NCBI GenBank assembly: GCA_030141605.1
Contig: JAQGDQ010000020.1
Span: 992,001 to 1,056,000 of the forward strand
Length of the DNA stretch: 64,000 nucleotides
Direction of reading: 5' to 3'
From: Tubiluchus corallicola
Taxonomy: Eukaryota > Animalia > Priapulida
Every line of letters begins with the position of its first letter. Position 1 is the stretch's first letter. Below are positions 46,593-57,983 of the stretch, in pieces. Position numbers and translations under genes: made by a program. The notes beneath the pieces are model-generated. The model was not told the DNA's origin. It searched no databases and saw only the letters and a list, made by a program, of their open reading frames with translations.

Positions 46593-48022
46593 GTAAGTTC
46601 TTCGCTATAAATCTGTAATATTTAACTTTTTATCATTATCTTTAGGTTATATGTAGCGAGCTTTGACGGATATATGAACCGATAATGTTTTTATGGTTAA
46701 TGTTCACCCTTTAGGCATACACGTTTGCTTGATAGTGTTGCTCGTTTGGTGTTTTAAGTGCTTCAAATTTAAAAGACACTCCGTTTTTGAGCTCTAGATT
46801 TTAAACGTTTTGCCACTTTTGTGTAACACTGAGATACAAAAACATAAATTTGCAGTGCTGGTGTCGGCAGAAATTATTGCTGAACTCATTTTATTATCCT
46901 GCATAATCACAGTTTTTTATACAATTCAGTATGCAGCATTTAACTGCAATTCCTACTTAAATTCGATGGCTGTGACAAGACGGGGACCTTCTCTGTAGCA
47001 TGAGCCACTGAATCAGCAGAAGCCTCTCAGCCATGCTAAGGTTGTATGTACATCTTCTCTCTGTGAAGTAAACAACCACAATCAGAACGGCAAATGAAAC
47101 TGCAGAGCGAGAAACATAACGGTTCACCGTTCCAGCTACTGACCAGCCTTGGCGTCATTTGTAACTTTAGTTGCAAAGCCTCAGAATGGTTCTCTCTTTG
47201 CTTTAGTTACACAGTTTTGTTTTTATTCAAAAATTTTGAACTTGGGGTTAATAATTGGCAGTGAATTAGCCTGCATTTTAAAACTAATCAACTTTGCAGT
47301 GATATAAACATTCTAAATAATGAATTCCTGCTGTGCCTTTTAACCTTTAATTAACAGCTGCCACAAGTCTGTAGTTTAGATCCAGCAACAACTTCGGCTT
47401 TTTACTTTTCCATCTTTCTCTGCTGTTAGATTTTTAAATTTAATTCCACTAAAATTTGTTAAATATGAAATTATACACTCATGGCAAATAAGCAGAAAGC
47501 CTGTCTTAATAAGTAGTTTTTGAGAGAACATTTTTTGGACAAAATCGTGTAAAGCTGCCGAAATGTTGCATTGGTATCCAAAAAAAATGTGTGTCTGTGA
47601 TGCACATTGTAATTTATGCTCCTAACATCCATAGAGCAAATGCAGTTTTGGTTCATTCTGTGTAATGTTGTGTATTACCATGGATACCGTGACAGCATTC
47701 CTTAACAGCGATCGCTATGGAGATCAATGGCTGACAGACTTTGTGCAGCCTTAGGCTCACTTTAAGTTTCCCGGTTGGAGCTTGTGAAGGGAGGGCTCAA
47801 GTGGGTAGATGTTGTGGTGTCTATATTTGGATAAACCATGGCAGGCAACCGGGAAAAAATGGTTGAAGGGCTGATGACTGTATTTGGTGGCGTGTTCGAG
47901 AAAGCGTTTGTACATTATTTTAAAAGTAATTAAGGTTTAATTACAGTAAGCTAATTGTAAGGTTTTTCATATTTGTAAATTTACGTTTTTCTTTATTTTC
48001 CAGATGTGAGTCTTTGGTCGAC

Positions 48023-48394
48023 ATGGCAACCAGTCCTTCGAGCCAGCCTCACACGTTTAAGCAATGGTGGTTTAGGACGCCCACATTCTGTGGAAGCTGC
48101 GGCAGCTTCCTCTTTGGCTTCTACAACCAGGGAAAGACTTGCACACGTTGCGATCTGAGCATTCACCACGGTTGCGTGAGTAGCTTGGGCTTCAGTTGCA
48201 CTGTGGGTGAGGAAAGCCAAGACGGAAGACACAAGTTCGACCTTAGCAACTACTATCGACCGACTTTCTGCTGGCACTGCGGCTCGATGCTGTGGGGTTT
48301 CTACCACCAGGGGGCTCACTGTGCACGCTGCAAGATGAATGTTCACCCAGGCTGCCAAGATAAAGCTCTGCTTAACTGCATGAAGACGAAGTAA
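48023..48394 (+). CDS. Stand-alone tandem C1 (phorbol ester/DAG-binding) domain protein, 123 aa, PKC C1A-C1B-like
   Basis: Two perfect HX12CX2CX13CX2CX4HX2CX7C domains; acceptor ttttccag ends at 48003, ATG at 48023 in gacATGG context, TAA ends at 48394, AATAAA at 48473. Confidence 0.9.
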   Translation: MATSPSSQPHTFKQWWFRTPTFCGSCGSFLFGFYNQGKTCTRCDLSIHHGCVSSLGFSCTVGEESQDGRHKFDLSNYYRPTFCWHCGSMLWGFYHQGAHCARCKMNVHPGCQDKALLNCMKTK

Positions 48395-48592
48395 AGTCGA
48401 GCGATGATTGCTGCTTACGGCTTTGATTAATCCGGTGACAGATGATTTATTAACTGCTGTTTTAAATTCTTAAATAAAAACTGAAAAGAATTGCTAAAAA
48501 TGAATAACGTTTTTTTTTACTTGGTGTGGTTAAGTTAAACAGTATAACCTTTCTATATAAGTAAGATGTTATCATCTATGAGTAAACTATAA

Positions 48593-48712
48593 TTAGTTAC
48601 TGAGTAATATAAAGTACTCTACATTTCACTCTTTCTTCCAGAAAGTTGAAGGTTAGTTACGGAGTAATATAAAGTACTCTACATTTCACTCTTTCTTCCA
48701 GAAAGTTGAAGG
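48593..48712. repeat. Recent tandem duplication, 2 x 60 bp, 1 mismatch
   Basis: 48593-48652 matches 48653-48712. Confidence 0.95.
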
Positions 48713-49358
48713 ATTATTTAACTGGTGTGTTTTATGCTAACATTGCTTTTCGGGATGTTTTACTTGGATTATCAATACTTATAAATATTAACATTTTGAC
48801 AAATGTTTTTAGATGAATAAAGTAACGGCACATTAATAAGTTTTTGTTCATATATTTTTTCCATATCTGAACTTCGTGTCATTATATTTTGCTACTTTTT
48901 CATCCTTAAAGAATTGAAACAATTGTCAAGAAGAGGAAATGTTCAGATTTGTCATTTTTATAGACTTCGAATTTAAATATTTTAGTGCTGTTTTGCAGCT
49001 TGCTTGACTTCTGTGTGTTGATTTATTATTATCAGTGAATAATAATTTAGTATCATTTGCTAGTAACAGAGCATGGGTTATTTTAAATCTTTTTTATAGA
49101 TCATAGACAGCTAGCAGTACAGCTGTAAATTATACTTCATAAATTATTTAGTTTTATCTATGTGACTGAGATATTTAATATAATTATTAATCATGCTAAA
49201 ATAATCTATTGGCTAGTGTTTTAGATATACATGTGAATATAGCCTTCCTTTTTTTGATGAGATAAATACTTATTTTAATACTTGCAGAACATCTTGGTTT
49301 TGTTTTCTTTGTTTTATTGTAATGGTAGCTTTTGTATTAATGACTATATTGTTGTTGT

Positions 49359-49359
<1 letters not shown>

Positions 49360-49427
<68 letters not shown>
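49360..49427. repeat. (GAT)n microsatellite
   Basis: Direct reading. Confidence 0.97.
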
Positions 49428-50104
49428 CTTTAATTTAAGTGCAACTCATAAAGTGGCTTACAAGCATGGTTTTTTCCATTATGATTCCAACTTTTACAAC
49501 CATTCATTAATTTATCAGTAGCATGTTCGAGTTTAATTTACGATAAAAGCATGTAATTACTAAGATTATTACTGCTTTTTTGATTCTTTATGCATCAAGG
49601 AGAATTGTATCGGCATATACAATATTGAGGATTTGAAACTAAAGGTGTCTATGCTTCATGTAGTTTTTGTTGAACCACAGAGTTATTAATACATTCGCAA
49701 TTCATTTTCTAGTGGCTCATGATGACTTTGTGCAAAGGAAGTTAATGCACGGAAAAAAATGTTGAAATTATAATTACAAATCATATCAATTAAGTAATAG
49801 GAAATCCCACTATAAATAAATAATCCATGTACATTCTCGGCAGCATTGAGGCCCCCGCTGCTGGCACCATTTACAGGGATTGAGCATAATATCTCTGACT
49901 GCCCTCTTTGGCACCCTACAAGAAGCCAACATGGTGCCACCACCTATCAGTGGGACCTTGACTCAGGATGTCTCCAATATATATTAGCACGTACACAGTA
50001 CTTCAATTGCAAGTTTTTGATGTTACCAACAAGTAAGATGCAGTACGTAGCACCTGACCTACCAATCATTTGATGTAAGAATGAGCTTGAAACATAGAAA
50101 GCCG

Positions 50105-51450
50105 GGGGGGGGGTTATCGTCTCACCCCTGGCGCATGTCCAAGCGGCAAATTAGTATGGTAATACTTGAAAATTTTGACATATTTGGTGTCAAAATCGAA
50201 ATAATTAAGATAAATAGTAAACTGAAGTTAATGCAATTTTAGGGTACTATTATCCTTTCTTGTGCTGTTATTACAGTTCACCAAGCTGTTATGTTTATAT
50301 AAATATTTTTATACAGTTGAAAACTGAATAGTGCCCGAAAGTGCTTGCTTTCCAATCTTAATACCCTTTAGTATAATATACCTTGTGAGACACATGAATG
50401 CTAAAGTATTATTGATTGAGAGTAGTACTACTATTTGCAAAGTTGTGCATGGATTTGCAGAACGAGTGAGAAATGAAATTTGTGTGAATGTGTGAAAAAC
50501 TTAAAATGCGCATAGCAAATGACTAATGAGTGAGAACTTGCTTGTCTGTAATACATTGAACTTCACCTCAAGTGGCAGCATGCTTTGTTTTTAGCAACTT
50601 CTCCTAGTATTCCCTGCATCATAACTTTTTGCAGTATGTTAGCATCAGACAAATCATGTAAACCATGTAAAACTGGAGAGTATTTCCTTTTCGTAATGCA
50701 ATCAAAATAACTACAGGTTCATTAATGCTGCACAGCCTCTCAGCACCACACACAACTGCATTACACCCGGAGTAAAGGAGATGCTGACCAGGATTCGGGT
50801 TTTGGTCATTTTTCCTCTTAGTACCACATCAATCAAAACAGCCGCAGACTCATTAAGGCCACACACGTGATCCATTGTGATCACAAGTACACCATTCATG
50901 GAATTGTTAAGAAGAATCTGGATCAGACTTCGGATTTCGATCGTCATACTCAGCCTGCTAACCACAATTTGACATAAAAATGAATGTGAAATGTAGAAAT
51001 CCCAGGGATCATCTCACCCCCGATAGGAGCCCAGGGGACAAATTATGCCCAGAATGTTTAGCTTTTTTGGGTATAAAAATCAAATTACTGTATTAAAAAA
51101 TTAAGGCATCGTCAAAAATGAAAAAAATTGTGGTAATTTTTGTGTACTATGCTGAGATTTCTTATGCTGTTATTACAGTTTATTATGATTTATAAAAATG
51201 TGTTTTTTGTACACACGAAAATTTTTTATAGCACCCAGAAGTGTTTAATTTTCAATATTTGTAATACCCCTTAGTATAATATACTCTGTAAGACTCATGA
51301 ACGCTACTGTCTGATTTAGAGTAGTTCTACTAATTGTGTTGTGGTTGATACTGATAGCAAAGGAAGCCAGGTGTGATTTGCATACTTGGTTGTGAAGTTG
51401 CAGAATGTGTGAGAACTGAAATTTGATGCGTGTGCGCGTGTGAAAGATTT
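50105..51450. repeat. Two diverged direct copies of a ~400-bp segment (about 50105-50500 and 51003-51450)
   Basis: Shared blocks TCTCACCCC, TGCTGTTATTACAGTT, TAATACCC(T/C)TTAGTATAATATAC, GAGAGTAGT/TAGAGTAGT in the same order. Confidence 0.7.
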
Positions 51451-51647
51451 AAAAATATGTGTGATATATCCTTAATGCATGACAGTTGGCAGGTCTGCAT
51501 AAATTATAGTTTGTCATTTTTTTCACTTGGACGTCCGTCTTGTAACTAACACAGTACATTGGGTGGCACATGGTTCTTTGTAACTTTCAGAGAACCGAAG
51601 ACTTTCTGGCATGAGGTTGACTTATTTGTGATGGTCATCTCCTCAGC

Positions 51648-51785
51648 ATGAATGCAGTAGAAGCGCAGTCACTAGTCCTTGAGGCTCTCACTAAAGCCAG
51701 TAGTCAAGACGCAAGTCAACTGAAACCTGCTGAACACCAGCTGAAGCAGTGGGAGACGGAACCTGGCTTCTACTCTATCCTCGTG
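51648..51785 (+). CDS. IPO11: IPO11 first coding exon
   Basis: ATG at 51648, gtatgt donor; start of the IBN_N domain. Confidence 0.93.
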
Positions 51786-54700
51786 GTATGTAAGAACAGT
51801 TCTTTAATCTTTGAGCGCAGACCTGACTGAGATAAATCAGAGCAAGTCCTGCCTGATTAACAGAAATGATTGTAAAATAATAAGTCCTATCAAGACTGTT
51901 TATATGTATATATGTTGCTTTATTGTGTGTGTTTATGTGCTTGAATCATTATACCTTAGACATGAGGTTTCTTTGCATTGTTGTAGTCTGTTCCTTTTTT
52001 ATGTCTAGCGTATATGGTTCTTCTTTTTTATATTCTGTTCTACAGTTCAATAAACAGTTTCATTAGTAAGACCAGATCCAGATTTTCTCTTATGCTATAG
52101 TAAATAAGACCACATTCTTTCTTCTTCCTTTAGCAAGTTTAATCAGAGTTGGATTACTTTTTGTACCTGTACCTCTTGTAGGTGGTGTAACCACGTTGCA
52201 CACGGGCCCTGCAGTTGCAGGGGGCTGTGATTTAGATCTTAGAGCGGCCCTTGGAAGAAGAGCTGCCACGCTTGCCACAGCAATTGCACAGCACGGTTAC
52301 CTAAACACTTTTGCCAACATGAAATCCTGTTGAAAAAAATTTAAAGGCATGTTGCAACAGTTTTCTAAATTGCAGCTGGTTTCAAAAATTATGCTGCAAA
52401 ACGCAGGCCACAATACTTTTACCTGTGAGTGATAGAGATTACTTTGCAGATGTTGCACTAAACGTATTTCTAAGCTACTGCCTTTTTGTAATGGAAACAG
52501 TGATTTCATTCTATACTTTTGATGAGTTACTACAAGTGAAACAAAGCCATAATTTTGTTCTCTATTGTGACTGGTGAGAGGAGTCAAATTTGGGTCATTT
52601 TCTGTACTTTTCGGTGAGATCTTTTTCCCAAATTCTGTTTTATATTTCTAATGAGTGAAACTAACACTTGTGTGCTGTTTTGTGCTTGCTTATGTACATT
52701 GTATTAAGCTCTGTACTAATAGTAAGTTTATTGACGAATAGTACAGTACAATATACAAGTATATAGAGAACCAGACATTACACAAAAGCATCCCAATGTA
52801 ATCATCACGTTGAAATGGTAAAATCAGTATGTTTAAATGGTTCACAATATTTACATGTGTAATGTAACTTTCCATGATTAAGCTTTTATTTTCCTTCTTT
52901 CAGAACAGTCTGTAAAATAATTTGAAACTAAATTTCCAAGTTCACAGTCAGTTCTGTTCATCGGAAATGTACTTTTTTCCACAAAGTGAGATTTATAAAG
53001 ATTGTGAAAATTTGATTGATATGGCAGAAAATGCTCTGCTTGTGTTCAGACAAAACCCACATTTTAACTGACCATTTATTTCTTGGGTGAGGAGGATTTC
53101 GTTTCTGCATCAAATTCTGAATGTAATTTAAAAATCATATTATATTGTATTGTATTATATTGACATCAGTATATTGTATTGTGTTGTGTTACATTACATT
53201 ACATTATGTTAGGTTAAATTAGGTTAGGTTAGGTTGCATTACGTTACATTACATTGTATTGTATTGCATTGCATTACGTTACATTACATTACATTACATT
53301 ATATTAAATCATTTTCAGAATATATTCTCTAATCACATTATCGATGTGAATGTACGGTGGCTTGCTGTCTTGTACTTTAAGAACGGCGTGGACAGATACT
53401 GGAGACGATCCGCACCTTTGTGAGTATGGCTTCTTCTGTAATAATATTTGTGTAAGTGTCCTTCACATATGTACAATGAATTGATATACAGGTATATCTT
53501 ATTCACCGACGAGACGTTGTTGCAATGATGCTATGATAACCTGTGCATCTGTTGAGTTTCCACATTACTGCAACACATATTAGGTTTTTTCTAATTTGCC
53601 AGGCTGTACAGAATCAAATTATAAGCATCTCGTGTAATTAGTAAAAGTTGCTTGAGTGCTGCCATTTTGAACACCCATTCTTCCACCTGTGACCTCATTC
53701 ATCGAATGAAGAAAAGCCGTGCACTTTCAATTTCCTTCAAAAATAGCTAGTTTTGTGATGATATTTTTACATGAACATTAAGTAAGCTGCAGGGTATTTT
53801 AACAGGTTCGCTTATGGAAAGTCCCACTGCACTTACGAAAAGTCACGAAGTCCACCAGTCACGTCACAATTTTTAAACGGATGGCAACTACCATGGGGCT
53901 TGAAAATTTATGTACAGCAAATTAACTTCATGCTTTATTGACAGTTTTTCGCAAATTTCTTTGTTATAATTTTCTAAGCTTACGTGATGATAGTAAAATA
54001 AACCCGACATAAATGACGTGCTTTATCCTTTAATACAATGTCTTCATTAACTGATCTCATTTTAGTACAATAGTATATTTGAATTTGTTGAATATTGAAA
54101 GCACAACAAATTCCAATGTGCCATCATAATATATTGACATCATTCGCGTCAAAATATCACCAATTAATGAACACTGTGCATTAATTGAATATTGTAGTTC
54201 CATACACTTAGACAATCTTAAGTCTTAAGTGTTATGAATTTTTCTTCTACTATGTACAACAGTTTTTACACTTACTGTGTGTAGGATTGTAGGTAGATTG
54301 AGCGAATGATTGCCATTAGATAAGTATTCCCACTAAGTTTTGTCAACGTGACTGTGGTCTTCCGGAATACAGTTTCCCGATAAAAATTCATTATAGTGAA
54401 GAACAGAATTGTGGAAGATTTTTTTGCTTCATTTTAATTTGCTGAATGCTCTCAAGGTTATCATTGCATTTGTTAAGCTGGTTCTTTCTGTTTTTCCATT
54501 AATTTCTTATTTCAAAACTTCACAGTAAAATTGAAGTGTCTCTGAAACTCTGGAGACGTTTGCTAACACTATGGAAATGATTAAGGCTGGTTTATGCAAC
54601 ACTGCCCTTGTCATGACACTGCACTTGGTCCTTCAAAAACTACAAATTACTGTAAATGATTTTCTACTATAAACTAATTTCTAATGATTCATTAGTAATA

Positions 54701-57700
54701 TGTTTGTAGTTCAGTATTTTAATTCTAATCGCCGTAGCTCTGCGAAAATGTCTCACTCGGTTAGATCATCAGTCCTGGTGCATCGTCGTCATTAGTACTA
54801 ATTCATTATCATTGTCATCATCACCACCATTGCCATCAGCATTAATACCACCACCGCTATCATCGACGTCGTCATTATCGTCTCCCCACCTCCATTTCTT
54901 TACTTCACTACCACTATTTATTGTTTTTCTATGTTATAATTACCTATCAATGTTGAGCATAGCTTGTATTTCTTCTACTATGTTCATAGCACTACAATGC
55001 ATTGTCAGTTTCGTAATTGTAAAATTTAAGTATATTATGATATTATGCTAAATGTATAAACAAATCAATCTAGATTTAAAACATGCAGTTAAGTTCTAAA
55101 AGGCACTATTTTATTTCCAGTGCAATAAGCGAGGAAGAAAAAACACAGCTGAGAACAAGACTTTTGTCCAACTTTAACGAACCATATCCACAGGTTTGAA
55201 CATTTTATTAAATAAACTTATAAATTTCTTATCTGTGCATTTTAATAATTAGCTGTTGGAGATATTCCATCTAGACCTCAAAAGGTTTGCTAAATGGTAC
55301 AAACTTAGCGACACGATGAGGACACGAATGCGATATTTTTTCCAGTGATACGATACTGATGCTCATTTCTTCAGACTACAAAGCAAAACAGAAAGACCAT
55401 CATTCACAGTTACAGTTATTAGTTACTGGGTTGCACAGTGCTGTATATTTAAGTTGCCACTATTTAGTAGTCTTTGTGAGCTGCACATAACACGAAAAAA
55501 TGCTGCATTTGAAATTCTTATTGACGACAAATTTCAATATAGCCACAGTTAATAAACTATAAAATAAAAAAAATCATTTTAAAATAACCTTCAGTAGGTA
55601 TCGTATTATTTTTATGTTTCTCTAATAGTGATAATTATAAGTGTCCACAATCTGTTGATCAATTTTGGTTATTTTTTTAAAGAAATACGGGCCCAATCTT
55701 AAATATTGAATGGGAACATATTATATTTTTTAAAGAGTGAAAGAATTATTACTGAAATCCGTCTTTGCGCGTCTAGTTCTTTATGTTTTTGTTCTGTTTT
55801 TATGTGCAATTTGCCATTTGCTAGTTAGATTGGTAGTAGTGCCTGCATCTCAGAAATGACTTAAATAAAAAACAAGTGCTGTACCTCATATATATTCAAT
55901 TGTGACACAGTGCACACGTTGGAGAGCTCGTGCGATAAATTCGAAATTTAAATTTTTAAGCTTAAAATTTGCCGAGTTTTGTTTGTCACACTGGGTGTTG
56001 TACAGTAGCACTGGACTTCCAGTTTTGCTTTTGCAAACACGTGCAACAGACACAGAGAATGTTTCTACTGTTGAAAATTAAGTTTAGTTGTGATGTCATC
56101 ACTAGATGTGCTTGCTCGGCATTGATTGCGTTTTTTAACGTATTATTTAAGTGTTAGAAACTGGCATTATTATAGGTGTCAAAATAACATTATCGTATTT
56201 CACAATGCTGTAGGATATGAAACATCATCCTGCTTTCCTTTGACATATTTCTTGTTTTTATGATGCATTTGAAAAAAAAGTTTATTGTATTTTACTCAAA
56301 AATTGTATCTTGCCACATTTTAGGTTTATTGTCACTGATATTAAGAATTTACCCTCTTCTTTAGGTGGCTACACAGTTGGCGGTTCTTATTGGTAAAGTT
56401 GCCCGACTGGACTGTCCAAGACAATGGCCAGATCTGATTCCGACTCTGCTGGCTGCATTGCAGAGGGATGAACAGCTTTTACAGCACCGAGCCTTGCTAG
56501 TCTTGTACCATGTTACGAAAACTCTGGCTTCCAAGCGGCTAGCGGCCGACAAGAAATTATTTCAAGAGGTAGGAGTTATCAGTATTGTACGGTGTTGTAT
56601 GGAGTGCAGTTTGATTATAATTGCTAGTCGTGGGGCCTGATTAATCAATTTGGTGAATTATAATCGATTAGTGCTTTTATTTTCCAATTATTGATTATTT
56701 TTTCGGTTGCCAATGCAAATCAATTACTTAATTATTAGCAAATTCACAAAAATCGAAGGACAAATATAGCTGTTATGTGGTAAAATCAGGTAATTATTGC
56801 ACTAAGTTTATGTCGTAACTAAGCACACAAACATTGCCTGCTTAGACATTTCTCGTAAGCACGAAAAAGTGAATTTCATGTGTGCCTTCTTCTTGTAAAA
56901 TTACAGAAAACCACAGGAAACTGAATAAATCCATTATCGAATTGGTTTGACATCCGATAATCAATCGCGAAAATGTATTTGATGAAAAGCAGCTGAATGA
57001 TGGGTTAGCTACTGGTCCTTTCGCACCAAGGCTACAACAATAAATATTACAACCTTTGTGCTGATTCCAGGCCCATCTGTGGTTGCTCTTCTTTGCTTTT
57101 GTGGAAGATCCACATCATCAAGGTGGGTCTTCTAAGATAAGACGTTGGATTGGCAGAGGTCTTGCCCATATTCTTATCCACATTCAGATGTACATCCTTA
57201 ACAAGACAACAGTCAGAGGCAGCAGAGCAAATAAAACCACCCAGACTGCCAGCAATTTTACAAGAGATTGTCTGTTTACCAAGGCCTAATGTTGTTTACT
57301 TTCCTAGCAAAAAGTTTACACTGTGATCAATCACATTGCAGTTCTTTCTCCTTGTTCTTGAATTCATCATTACGTTTGTTATCGCCATTCGCCATTTTTT
57401 AATTGCAATTTCACAGTTATTAGGAATCATTAGTGTTGCATTGATTTAAAGTAAAGTTTTTAAGTATTAATTTCTTATTTTCTTTATGCACAGCTGACGT
57501 CAGAGATTTTAGGGTTTGTCCTACATCTGTGGAATCGCTATACAGAGTTGTTCTACCAGCGGCTGTCAGAGGGCGATGCTTCCGCAATAGAAGCTCTTGA
57601 ACAAAGCACGCTCTCGCTGAAAGGTAAGAAAAACGTTTATAATTGTTCCAGATAATGAGTTTTTTGTGAGAATGTGATGTTGAAAATTATTTACAATAAA

Positions 57701-57911
57701 GCCTTGTTATAACAGACTAATAGGTGGTAAGGAAGCCCATAATAGTGGATAATCCACGATAATGTAAATCTCAGTAACATATGGCACGTCTTGTGTTACC
57801 TGTTACCAGTTAGCTATGTAATTTGTGTCTAGCACGCAAGGCCATCACAGACCTCTGTCAGCAACTGCAGCGCTGCCTCAATCCATGTTTGCCAGCTCGA
57901 GCTGGTGATTG

Positions 57912-57983
<72 letters not shown>

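Noticed and set aside
47993-48358. 121-aa minus-strand ORF
   Set aside because: Antisense shadow of the C1-domain CDS.
53209-53235. TTAGG units resembling arthropod telomeric repeat
   Set aside because: Only about 4 units embedded in a drifting pentamer microsatellite.
57000-57290. Possible RTE 3' fragment on the minus strand (KAKKSNHRWAW)
   Set aside because: Single weak motif; not supportable without alignment.
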